In this document: piece after piece, positions 15,282 through 23,823 of the stretch | How positions within the stretch are numbered: the first letter of the stretch is position 1 | Layout: each line of letters starts with the position of its first letter | Translations under genes and position numbers: made by a program | Assembly (NCBI RefSeq): GCF_037902255.1 | Contig: NZ_CP147990.1 | Coordinates: forward strand, 660,001 to 692,000 | Source: Candidatus Electrothrix sp. GW3-4 | GTDB lineage: Bacteria; Desulfobacterota; Desulfobulbia; Desulfobulbales; Desulfobulbaceae | Length of the DNA stretch: 32,000 nt | Direction: 5' to 3' | Notes under the pieces: model-generated | Told to the model about the DNA's origin: nothing | What the model saw: the letters and a program-made list of their open reading frames with translations, nothing else | The model's database searches: none

Positions 15282-17272
15282 TCGATCCAATCTGCAATTT
15301 GCACAGCTACTGTAAGGTATTTCTCTGCTTGAACAAGGTTAAGTATATCTTTATAGGTAAGCCCAATATTAAAGTATGTCACTGCTTCTCCGACCCTATC
15401 ACCAGACTGCCGCCGTAGAACCAAGGCTTGTTCTAAATATTCCATGGCCTTGTTATGATTTTCTTGAGAATGGTATATCGCAGCGATGTTGTTCAAGGTT
15501 TCTCCTGCTCCAATCTTGTCACCAGCCGCCCATCTGATAGGAAGAGCCTCCTCTAAATATACCAAGGCTATCTCCCATTCATCTTGGTGCATATAAACGT
15601 TGGCAATATTATTCAAGGTCGTGCCTTCCCCTTCTTGACTACGGATTTCCCGCCATATTTTTAGACTCTGCTTGAAATGGTGCAAGGCCAAGTCGTATCC
15701 TTCTTGAAGGGTGTGACTTTTTGCTATATTATTCAATGTTGCACCTTCTCCCTGCTTGTCACCTAACTCACGATATATTGGCAGGCTTTTCTCATACCAT
15801 TCTAAGGCTTTCTTATGATCACCGCATCTCCCACAAGTGTACCCAAGACTGTTCAAGCACCAAGCTTCATCTCTACGACCGCCTATGTGTCGGGCAGCAG
15901 TTAAAGCTATTTTTAAGGCGATTTGTCGATCCACCCAATGTCCCTGCCTGTCTAAATACCTTGAGATTAAGTAAACAAAATCTGACACTTCATCCCACAG
16001 CTCATTATTTAGACAAGCCTCAAGGAAGCGCAAGTGGTGTCCCCGCTCATCATTGGTGCAAACATATCCCTTTCTTCCGGGTAGCATATTAGAAACACAG
16101 AACCATTTATAATGGTCAGATAGCAATAGCAAGTTCTTCCTGCTCAAAGCCAGCTCAGTTCGGGCATAGGTATGCACCAACGCATGGCTTATCTGCCAGC
16201 GTTCCTCTTGCTTCTCCAGCAAACCATAATTAACCAGCTCACCCAACGCCTTCCGTGCCCGGCGTTCATCATCCTCAAGCACAGCCGCCACCGGTTCACG
16301 GGCTATCGGCGCAAAGGCCAAGGTACCTGCTACGCCCAGCGCAAGGCGGGCATCCTCGCTCACCTGCGCCACGCTACGCCGCAGCAGCAAGGCGGCATTC
16401 TCCTCCTGATGCGTACCGTCACCCAGTTCCTTGAACGGCTCTTTTTCCAACCACTTCAAGTAATCTGCCGCGCTCTCACCCGTGCTGCTGAGATACCGGC
16501 CCGCAATGCGCAAACCCACGGGCCAGCCATCCAATATCTTGCAGATGCCCTGCACGCTTGCATCATCCGTCGTTGTAGGGGCACAGCGTGCTGTGCCCTT
16601 ACTATGTAGCCGGAAGACCTCAGCTGCGGGCTGCTCCTCCAGCGGGGTCAGGTCAAGCCGGAAGCCCTGGGCATCGTCCCGCTTCCGACTGGTGATCAGC
16701 ACCCCGCAGGTACTGCGCAGATCAAGCACGGCCTTGAGGTCATCCGCCTCCTCGGTTCCGTCCAAGATGATCAATGCCTTCCTGCCTGAGAGCACCTGCC
16801 GCACTGTGCTGGCAAGGCCCGTCTTTGCCTCCACCTGAAAGGCTACGCAAATGGCTTGCAGGGCCTGCTCTGTTTGGGGATGTCCATAGAAGCTATGAAA
16901 GACTATGCCGTCCGGGAAGCGGGCTTTCTCCAGCTTATCCACTGCCTGCGCCGCCAAGGCTGACTTTCCCATGCCGCCCGGCCCGCACACAGCAACGACC
17001 TTGCCGGGTTGGAGCTGCTCCAATAAATCGGCAAGCTCCTTATCTCTGCCGAGGAAGCAGGCATCAAGGGGCTGGAGTTGACGGGGAATAACGGGCGGGG
17101 GAGTAGGCGGCGGCTGGTGATAATGAATGCCACCCTCCACATGGGCATGATTGCCCAGCACACCAATTTGTGCATTCTGGGCATTTATCTGCTTACCGAT
17201 AGCCTCATTCCCTTGGCCGATATTCTGCTCACCATCGCCACTGTGGTTGAAGGTATTGTCAGTCGTTCCCAT
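15206..17272 (-). CDS. STAND NTPase: NB-ARC-type P-loop domain plus C-terminal TPR array, short low-complexity N-terminus
   Basis: Walker A VAVCGPGGMGKSALA, Walker B ALIILDGTEEADD, and the GxP motif ILDGWPVGLRIAG (compare GLPLAL of NB-ARC). At least six TPR units carry LNNIA(K/N/A) signatures. I prefer the ATG at 17272 (MGTTDNTF...) because the track start at 17374 falls inside the TTGCAT promoter box of the hrpA-5' relic. Confidence 0.85.
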   Translation of the reverse strand: MGTTDNTFNHSGDGEQNIGQGNEAIGKQINAQNAQIGVLGNHAHVEGGIHYHQPPPTPPPVIPRQLQPLDACFLGRDKELADLLEQLQPGKVVAVCGPGGMGKSALAAQAVDKLEKARFPDGIVFHSFYGHPQTEQALQAICVAFQVEAKTGLASTVRQVLSGRKALIILDGTEEADDLKAVLDLRSTCGVLITSRKRDDAQGFRLDLTPLEEQPAAEVFRLHSKGTARCAPTTTDDASVQGICKILDGWPVGLRIAGRYLSSTGESAADYLKWLEKEPFKELGDGTHQEENAALLLRRSVAQVSEDARLALGVAGTLAFAPIAREPVAAVLEDDERRARKALGELVNYGLLEKQEERWQISHALVHTYARTELALSRKNLLLLSDHYKWFCVSNMLPGRKGYVCTNDERGHHLRFLEACLNNELWDEVSDFVYLISRYLDRQGHWVDRQIALKIALTAARHIGGRRDEAWCLNSLGYTCGRCGDHKKALEWYEKSLPIYRELGDKQGEGATLNNIAKSHTLQEGYDLALHHFKQSLKIWREIRSQEGEGTTLNNIANVYMHQDEWEIALVYLEEALPIRWAAGDKIGAGETLNNIAAIYHSQENHNKAMEYLEQALVLRRQSGDRVGEAVTYFNIGLTYKDILNLVQAEKYLTVAVQIADWIDYPLLEKWREELAQVRAARQGTQET

Positions 17273-17364
17273 AGATGATCTTGTTTCCTTTGATTGAGAC
17301 CCCAGGTATCTTTTTATTATCCTAATCGTATAGTCTGTTTTATAAAAAAGGGCGAATGAAAAGG

Positions 17365-17617
17365 TTTTTTGCATCCTTGATGTGAATCAGGTAGAGTGAT
17401 AGCCAGAACGGTTTCTTTGTCAAATTAACTGGACGTAATGTCACTAACACCTATGCAGCTTAACTACCCTACGCAGCTTCCCATCACCGACCGCAAGGAC
17501 GAGATCGTCCAGGCCATTCAGGATAATCAGGTTATCGTTATTGCAGGCGATACCGGCTCCGGCAAGACAACCCAGCTCCCCAAGATGTGCCTGGAATATA
17601 TAACCAGCCTGGGGTAA
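17365..17617 (+). pseudogene. Relic of hrpA promoter plus first 48 codons (diverged duplicate of 18477-18708)
   Basis: Promoter TTGCAT (17369-17374)-N17-TAGAGT (17392-17397). ATG at 17453 gives MQLNYPTQLPITDRKDEIVQAIQDNQVIVIAGDTGSGKTTQLPKMCLE, after which homology ends (YITSLG, stop at 17615-17617). By hand alignment there are about 10 differences in 144 coding nt versus the real hrpA, mostly synonymous or conservative. Confidence 0.85.
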
Positions 17618-17735
17618 CACCTTGGGCCGGGGATATCTATACAGCTTGTCGCACAGACATCTTGACAATATGCATACCGAAAGATATCCTGAAGTATATT
17701 AATTATATCCTCAAAACTCAAAACAATACGACCTC

Positions 17736-18044
17736 ATGTTTAATCTGCAACTGCAAGTCGATCCAAAAACGGAACAACGCCTGAAAGCAATTCTAGCGCA
17801 TATGCAAAATGAAGAAACCTTTGCGCAAAACATCATTGCCTACCAAATTGCTGAACTTCAAAAAAGTCTGCTCAATATCCGGCTTGATTTAAAAGGCTTT
17901 GAAAATAAATATAAGCAGTCGAGTGAAAAATTCTACCGCCTGTATGAACAAGGACAGACCGATGACAGCGAAGATACGATGTTGTGGGCAGGTCTTTACG
18001 AAATGCTGCGTAATAATGAAGAGAGGCTGCGGGAACTCGCATGA
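17736..18044 (+). CDS. Putative antitoxin/partner of the DUF6516 protein (coiled-coil, 102 aa)
   Basis: 102-aa ORF overlapping the downstream gene by 4 bp (ATGA at 18041). It has helical, charged composition and no obvious SD. Confidence 0.5.
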   Translation: MFNLQLQVDPKTEQRLKAILAHMQNEETFAQNIIAYQIAELQKSLLNIRLDLKGFENKYKQSSEKFYRLYEQGQTDDSEDTMLWAGLYEMLRNNEERLRELA

Positions 18045-18415
18045 TTGACCTCTACTTCCGGAATGTTGAACATATTATCCAGGAGTTTCCAAATATCCGC
18101 AGCTCCGCTCTCAAGAAAAAACAGTATAACGCCAAACAGGGATATATCAGCGGCTCTGTCCATTTTGACTCTGGAAGCCGTCTTGAGTTTATGGAACTCA
18201 AAGACACAGACAGATCAGCAAAGATAAAATATCGCTATCAGTATATGGATCAACAGAATACCTGTCTCTTCCGATACGATAATGCACCACATCATCCCGA
18301 GATAACAACTCATCCTCACCATAAGCATAATGGGGAGGAGATTATCGCAAGTTGTGAGCCGACGTTATTTGATATTTTACTTGAGATTGCCGAACAAGAA
18401 CGTGAAGACGAGTAG
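18041..18415 (+). CDS. DUF6516 / TumE-like toxin-family protein
   Basis: 124 aa with YRYQYMDQQNTCLFRYDNAPHHPEITTHPHHKH, the RYDNAPHH...FPHHKH signature I associate with DUF6516 (annotated as the TumE toxin family). Confidence 0.6.
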   Translation: MIDLYFRNVEHIIQEFPNIRSSALKKKQYNAKQGYISGSVHFDSGSRLEFMELKDTDRSAKIKYRYQYMDQQNTCLFRYDNAPHHPEITTHPHHKHNGEEIIASCEPTLFDILLEIAEQEREDE

Positions 18416-18480
18416 AGAAATCAGGGGGAAATCGCTCTTCTCAAAAGCCTCTCCTCTCACCCTCAGGTAAGTCCCCACCT

Positions 18481-18509
18481 TTGCATCCTCCCTGGTAATC
18501 GGGTAAAGT
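18481..18509 (+). promoter_or_regulatory. Sigma70-like promoter of hrpA (TTGCAT-N17-TAAAGT)
   Basis: TTGCAT 18481-18486, a 17-nt spacer, then TAAAGT 18504-18509. The same architecture occurs in the relic at 17369-17397 and at 11652-11680. This places the track start codon (18508) upstream of the likely TSS. Confidence 0.45.
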
Positions 18510-18564
18510 GGCAACCAGAAACGTTTTCCAAGAAAAACAATTGTGCGTAACGCCACTAACACCT

Positions 18565-21500
18565 ATGCAGCTCAACTACCCTACACAGCTCCCCATCACC
18601 GACCGCAAGGACGAGATCGTCCAGGCCGTTCGGGAACATCAGGTCATCGTTATTGCAGGCGATACCGGGTCCGGCAAGACAACCCAGCTCCCCAAGATGT
18701 GCCTGGAGGCAGGCCGGGCAGGGGAGGGGACCATGATCGGCTGTACCCAGCCCCGCCGTATTGCCGCCCTGTCAGTCACCGAGCGGGTGCAGGAGGAGCT
18801 GGGGCAGGTCCGGACGGTGGGGTCCAAGATTCGCTTTCAGGATCGCACCGGCCCGAAAACCCGGATCAAGTTCATGACCGACGGGATTCTTCTGGCCGAG
18901 ACCCGGGGCGACCGCGATCTGCGGGCCTACGACACCCTGATCATTGACGAGGCCCATGAGCGCAGCCTGAACATCGACTTTCTGCTCGGCTATCTCCATC
19001 AATTGCTGGCCCGCCGTCAGGACCTCAAGCTGATCATTGCCTCGGCCACCATTGATACCGAGAAATTCAGTAAGCATTTTCACGATGCCCCGATTATCCA
19101 GGTGGAAGGACGCACCTATCCGGTCACGGTGGAATACTGCCCCCCGGACAACGATGACGATGAAAGCAATCAGGATATCGACCGGCTGGTTGCTGACCAG
19201 ATTGTCAGGCTTATGGCGCGGCGCGGTGGGGATATCCTGGCCTTTCTCCCCACGGAACGGGACATCCTGGATACGGTGGCCTTGCTGCGTAAGGAGCTGG
19301 CTGACCGGGCCCTGATTCTGCCCCTGTTCGGACGGCTCCAGGGCGGGGAGCAGCGGCGTATTTTTCGTTCTGCGCAGCGGCGCAAGATCATTGTGGCCAC
19401 CAATGTGGCAGAGACCTCCATCACTGTGCCGGGCATAGAATGCGTGGTGGACACTGGCTTGGCGCGGATCGCCCATTATAATGTGCGGGCCGGGACCACC
19501 CATCTGCCCGTGACCAGGATTGCCAGGGCCAGTTGCGACCAGCGAGCCGGGCGTTGTGGTCGGGTAGGGCCAGGGCGTTGTATCCGCCTCTACAGCGAGG
19601 AGGATTATCTTGCCCGCGATGAGTTCACCCTGCCGGAGATCCAGCGTTCCAATCTGGCTGAGGTTATTCTCCAGATGCTCAGTCTTCGCCTGCCTGAGCC
19701 GCGCAATTTTCCCTTTATCGATCCGCCAGCACCCAGAGCGGTCAATGACGGCTTTCGTATTCTTCGGGAACTGGGGGCCCTTGACAGCGAGCACCAACTC
19801 ACCGAGCGGGGCCGGATCATGGCTCGCCTGCCCCTGGACCCGCGCATCTCCCGGATGATTATCGAAGGCGCGGAACTGGGCGTGCTCCGGGAAACCACGA
19901 TCATTGCCGCAGCCCTGGCTATTCAGGACCCCCGTGTCCAGCCGCCGGATAAGCTGGAAAAGGCCCGGCAGGCCCACCGGGCCTTCAATTATCCCGGCTC
20001 GGATGTCATGACCCTGGTGAATATGTGGGATACCTGTCGAGGTGAAGCCCTGCCTTCGCCCGGTTCGTCTGATAAAGGGCAGAGTCGCCAGGATGATAAA
20101 GAGCAGACACGGGAAGCTGCCCCTACACCATCAGCCGGTCAGTTGCGCCGTTTTTGCGAGGCCAATTTCTGCTCCTGGCAGCGGATGCGGGAATGGTTTG
20201 ATATTCATGAGCAGATCCTCCGTATCCTCAAGCAGCATAAGGAATTTGTCTCGGCCTTGGATCGTATGGCCGAATCGTCGTCTTTGCAGAATAATGTAGG
20301 GACACGGCATGCCGTGTCCCTACCGGAATCGCAGGATCGTAGGGGCGAACCTTGTGATCGCCCGTTACGTTCCCCATCAAACCGTAGGGACGAACCCCTG
20401 TGTTCGCCCGGTTTATCTGATAAAGGGCAGACACGGGGATCTGCCCCTACAGCACCAACCCTGGTTCATCAGGCCCTGACCGCAGGATTCCTGCGCAACA
20501 TTGCCCTGCGCAAGGAAAAGAATACCTATCAGATCTCCGGCAACCGGGAGGCCATGCTCTTTCCCGGTTCCGGCCTGTATAATAAGGGGGGACAGTGGAT
20601 CGTGGCAGCGGATTTTGTCCATACCTCGCAGCTCTTTGCCCGCATGGCCGCCACGATTGAGGTGGACTGGCTGGAACGCCTCGGCGGTGATCTCTGCAAA
20701 CGCTCCTACTCGGACCCGCATTGGCAGAAAAAGTCCGGGCAGGTCATTGCCCTGGAAAAGGTCTCCCTGTTCGGTTTGGTGATTGCTGCGGATCGGCGGG
20801 TGAACTACGGGCGCATCAGCAAGAAAACAGCAGCGGAAGCCAAGGAGATTTTTATCCGGGAGGCTTTGATCCCCGGTGAACTCAAGGGCAAATATCCCTT
20901 TCTTGAGCATAATCTGGCCCTGGCTCGGCAACAGGAAGAGCTGGAGGAACGCCTGCGTAGGCGCGGCATCATGACTGATGAGCAGGTTCTGTACGAGTTC
21001 TATGATCAGCGGCTGGAACTGGTGTATGACCGCTTCACCCTGAACCGCTTTTTGAGCAGGAAACGCAAGCAGGCCAAGCCCGGTGAAGAAGCGGACGGCT
21101 TTCTCAGGATGACAGAGGAAGATCTTTGCCAAAGCCAACCGGAAAGCGATGAGCTGTATCGCTTTCCGAAAACCCTGACCACACCTCAAGGCGAGTTGCG
21201 TCTTTCGTATACCTTCCACCCTGGTCAGGATGACGACGGCGTGACTGTGGATATCCCGGTCTCCTGCTGTCCGGCCCTGTCACCGAATCTCTTTGAGTGG
21301 CTGGTGCCCGGTCTGCTGGAGGACAAGGTGGCGGCCTTGCTCAAGGGGCTGCCCAAACGCCTGCGCAAGCTCTTTGTCCCTTTGCCGGACACGGCGGCCC
21401 TGCTCATGGACGGTATGGATCTCTACCAAGGTTCCCTGTACCCGGCCCTGGAGCGTTTTCTTCTCCGTCATTTTCAGGTCAGGGTGACACGGGCGGACTG

Positions 21501-22623
21501 GCAATTGGAGAATCTCCCCCTCCACCTGCGTATGCGTTTCCGTCTCTGCGACGAGCAGGGAAAGGCTCTGTATTACACGCGTGATTTCCATAAGCTTGCT
21601 CTACATTGCGGTTCAATGCGGCAGACAATGCAGGGAGGGCAGATGCGGAAGGTCGAAGACCTGCCAGAAAGAAAGAATATCCAGGTATGGGATTTTGCCG
21701 TGGCTCCGCGCCCTCTGCCTGCACGGGACGAGCATAACCGGGTCACGGGCCTCTACTATCCGGCTTTGTTCCTGGGATTGAGCAAGGGGCAGGAGCAGCA
21801 GCTTTGCCTGAGGTATATTGCCGACCCTGAGCAGGCAGTTCGAGAGAACAGAAAGGGGCTTCGTTTCCTCTATGGGCAGTATTTCAGCAAGGAGTTTAAG
21901 GCGGTTGCCAAGGAATGCAAGGCAGCGGTGGCCGGGCATACCGCCTCCTGGCTCTCTCTTGGGATGAAGGCCGGGGCCGGAGAAACCAGGGACCTGTTGC
22001 TCAACTGTATTGTGGACAGCCTGTTTCAGATTAGCGGGGACCTACCGAACAAGACTGGCTTTGAGCTGATCCTTGACGATCTCCGGGAGCAGGGAGTGAC
22101 CCGACTGGCGAGGGAGCAGCTCAATCAGGTGCTGGATCTGCTGGCGGAACGCCGCAAGACTCAGGTCGCCCTGACGCAAAGTAAACAACGGGCCGGGAAA
22201 AGTCGGAGTGCGGATCAGGCCCGCTTTGCCGAATATGAGGACTTACTTGAGAGACTGGTACCTGCGGATTTCCTTGATCGATTTTCTCCAGAAGAGGCCG
22301 GTGACCGAAAGCGGTACCTTCAGGCCCTGGCCAAGCGGGTAGAACGGGCCGAGCATAGTCCGCATAAGGATGCGGATAAGGTCAAGAGGGTTCAGCCCTT
22401 TGCTGAGCATCTCCGTCAGCTGGATCGGAAAGAGGCGGAGCAGAAAGCAGGCGGGAGCATTTCGGCTCCCTGCCGGGAGGCTGTGGTCCTGTATCGCCGC
22501 ATGGTGGAGGAGTTCCGTATATCTGTCTTTGCCCCGGAAATCGGTACAGCCATGCCAGTCTCAGAAAAACGGCTGAAGCAGCAATGGAAGCTGGTGGAGG
22601 AGAGCTGCAGGAGGGTGGAATAA
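18565..22623 (+). CDS. hrpA: ATP-dependent RNA helicase HrpA (DEAH-box, with C-terminal DUF3418-type region)
   Basis: GDTGSGKTTQLPK (motif I), IIDEAHERS (DEAH), TNVAETSITVPG and QRAGRCGRV (motif VI), HA2/OB regions, and a long C-terminal extension as in E. coli HrpA. I prefer the ATG at 18565 (MQLNYPTQLPITDRKDEIV), which is conserved with the relic copy, over the track start at 18508. Confidence 0.95.
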   Translation: MQLNYPTQLPITDRKDEIVQAVREHQVIVIAGDTGSGKTTQLPKMCLEAGRAGEGTMIGCTQPRRIAALSVTERVQEELGQVRTVGSKIRFQDRTGPKTRIKFMTDGILLAETRGDRDLRAYDTLIIDEAHERSLNIDFLLGYLHQLLARRQDLKLIIASATIDTEKFSKHFHDAPIIQVEGRTYPVTVEYCPPDNDDDESNQDIDRLVADQIVRLMARRGGDILAFLPTERDILDTVALLRKELADRALILPLFGRLQGGEQRRIFRSAQRRKIIVATNVAETSITVPGIECVVDTGLARIAHYNVRAGTTHLPVTRIARASCDQRAGRCGRVGPGRCIRLYSEEDYLARDEFTLPEIQRSNLAEVILQMLSLRLPEPRNFPFIDPPAPRAVNDGFRILRELGALDSEHQLTERGRIMARLPLDPRISRMIIEGAELGVLRETTIIAAALAIQDPRVQPPDKLEKARQAHRAFNYPGSDVMTLVNMWDTCRGEALPSPGSSDKGQSRQDDKEQTREAAPTPSAGQLRRFCEANFCSWQRMREWFDIHEQILRILKQHKEFVSALDRMAESSSLQNNVGTRHAVSLPESQDRRGEPCDRPLRSPSNRRDEPLCSPGLSDKGQTRGSAPTAPTLVHQALTAGFLRNIALRKEKNTYQISGNREAMLFPGSGLYNKGGQWIVAADFVHTSQLFARMAATIEVDWLERLGGDLCKRSYSDPHWQKKSGQVIALEKVSLFGLVIAADRRVNYGRISKKTAAEAKEIFIREALIPGELKGKYPFLEHNLALARQQEELEERLRRRGIMTDEQVLYEFYDQRLELVYDRFTLNRFLSRKRKQAKPGEEADGFLRMTEEDLCQSQPESDELYRFPKTLTTPQGELRLSYTFHPGQDDDGVTVDIPVSCCPALSPNLFEWLVPGLLEDKVAALLKGLPKRLRKLFVPLPDTAALLMDGMDLYQGSLYPALERFLLRHFQVRVTRADWQLENLPLHLRMRFRLCDEQGKALYYTRDFHKLALHCGSMRQTMQGGQMRKVEDLPERKNIQVWDFAVAPRPLPARDEHNRVTGLYYPALFLGLSKGQEQQLCLRYIADPEQAVRENRKGLRFLYGQYFSKEFKAVAKECKAAVAGHTASWLSLGMKAGAGETRDLLLNCIVDSLFQISGDLPNKTGFELILDDLREQGVTRLAREQLNQVLDLLAERRKTQVALTQSKQRAGKSRSADQARFAEYEDLLERLVPADFLDRFSPEEAGDRKRYLQALAKRVERAEHSPHKDADKVKRVQPFAEHLRQLDRKEAEQKAGGSISAPCREAVVLYRRMVEEFRISVFAPEIGTAMPVSEKRLKQQWKLVEESCRRVE
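20296..20452. repeat. Cluster of REP-like GTAGGG-initiated palindromic units lying in-frame inside hrpA
   Basis: GTAGGGACACGGCATGCCGTGTCCCTAC (20296-20323, a perfect 28-nt palindrome). GTAGGGGCGAaccttgtgaTCGCCCGTTAC (20339-20368). GTAGGGACGAACccctgtGTTCGCCCGG (20384-20411). Then TTTATCTGATAAAGGGCAGAcacggggATCTGCCCCTAC. A related unit (TTCGCCCGGTTCGTCTGATAAAGGGCAGA...GCTGCCCCTAC) lies at about 20055-20126. Confidence 0.8.
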
Positions 22624-22724
22624 TGGAAAGGAACGACCTGGTAAAACCAGATAAAATCAGGAGGATCTATTAAACAGGTCGTTTGATAATGCGGAACCTT
22701 TGTACCAAAATAATATTGCTGATT

Positions 22725-23612
22725 TTACAAAAAACCTATTTTTAGCCTTTCTTTTGGCCATGCCCACGCTGTCAGATTGCTCATAAATGCTCCTGCAAAA
22801 CACCCGCAATTTGAACAATCGGCATTATTCCCAAAGCATCGTCTCGTGTTCCATGAAGCATCAAAATGACGTGCCTCATCGCCCCAGTAACACCAGCCTC
22901 GATGGTCGGTTTTTTCATACCAGCTGATCATTGAATCATTCAGCAAAAAGTCGTTCGGATAGCGCGATTTCACTCTTCGAAGCTCCTGAAGAATCTCTCT
23001 ACGGAGACTCTTTGCAGGAACTATGGGGTCGGTATCTTTGTCATCCCCGGTTTTAGACATGTAGATATTGCAGACAACGCCTGAAAAATTGTGTTCCTGA
23101 GAAGCCCGTACCAGCTGTTCAAGTTCAGTGTAATTTTGGCCGTTGACTGTCATATTGATGATGATCCGCTTATCACCGGAATAGTTTTTCAGAATTTTAG
23201 AAAAAACGCCTTGGCCTCGTATTTTGTCATTGGTTTTCTCGGTGCCCTCAACAGATACATACAGAGGATGTTTGAATTCCAGAGGAATTTTTATAGTTCC
23301 ATTTGTGATAATATACACAAAGGGGAAAATTTTATCCGCCAACATCAACACATCTGGTCTTAACGCTGGTTCACCACCTACTAACAAAACGAGGCGAACT
23401 CCAGACTGATAGAGATCATGCAACCGTTCTTCCCATTGTGTTATAGGGGTAACCTCTTTTGAAAAATTTTTTTTCCCATAAAAATGATAACAATGCTCAC
23501 ACCTGAGATTACAGGCATCAGTGACATCAAACTCAGCCATAAACTTGGTTCCAAATACTTTCCGTTTCAGCTCAAAGAAGCCAAGTTGCGTTAACTTTAT
23601 GAATTTATCCAC
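22725..23612 (-). CDS. Radical SAM enzyme, HpnH-like architecture (N-terminal helix, CxxxCxxC, Cys-rich C-terminal domain)
   Basis: 295 aa. CNLRCEHC radical SAM motif at residues 34-41, GGEPAL, and a C-terminal WCYWG...RRCFGNNADCSNCGC resembling the DUF3463/SPASM-like tail of HpnH-type enzymes (from memory). GTG start with weak SD. AT-rich codon usage contrasts with hrpA. Confidence 0.8.
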   Translation of the reverse strand: MDKFIKLTQLGFFELKRKVFGTKFMAEFDVTDACNLRCEHCYHFYGKKNFSKEVTPITQWEERLHDLYQSGVRLVLLVGGEPALRPDVLMLADKIFPFVYIITNGTIKIPLEFKHPLYVSVEGTEKTNDKIRGQGVFSKILKNYSGDKRIIINMTVNGQNYTELEQLVRASQEHNFSGVVCNIYMSKTGDDKDTDPIVPAKSLRREILQELRRVKSRYPNDFLLNDSMISWYEKTDHRGWCYWGDEARHFDASWNTRRCFGNNADCSNCGCFAGAFMSNLTAWAWPKERLKIGFL

Positions 23613-23823
23613 TTTTATTTGGTTGTTTTATTGGTTACATTGATGACCAAGCTTCATGAGCATACCTGTTACTTTGCGTGTGCAGTGCGCGTTTGGTGCA
23701 AGCCGCTGCCCCTGTTGATAAAGGGGTGGCGAGTTCATCTCAATACCCGCACCTTGTCAAAGGTATAGCTGACTTTTCGACTGATTTCAATTGAATTCAT
23801 GTAACCTGTATTAACGTTTGACG

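Noticed and set aside
14850-15290. 146-aa minus-strand ORF
   Set aside because: Its translation is low-complexity and it has no SD. The overlapping plus-strand ORF has an SD and an antitoxin-like N-terminus, although I also rate that ORF low.
17374-17374. Track start codons for the STAND gene (17374) and hrpA (18508)
   Set aside because: 17374 lies inside the TTGCAT box of the relic promoter and adds a non-conserved 34-aa extension. 18508 lies upstream of the predicted hrpA TSS, whereas the ATG at 18565 is conserved in the relic copy.
18772-19977. 401-aa minus-strand ORF, plus other long ORFs antisense to hrpA (for example 20413..21219 at 268 aa, and 21613..21939)
   Set aside because: These are shadow ORFs typical of GC-rich coding DNA. 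They give low-complexity Pro/Gly/Arg-rich translations with no motifs, and the opposite strand encodes a full-length HrpA with all helicase motifs.
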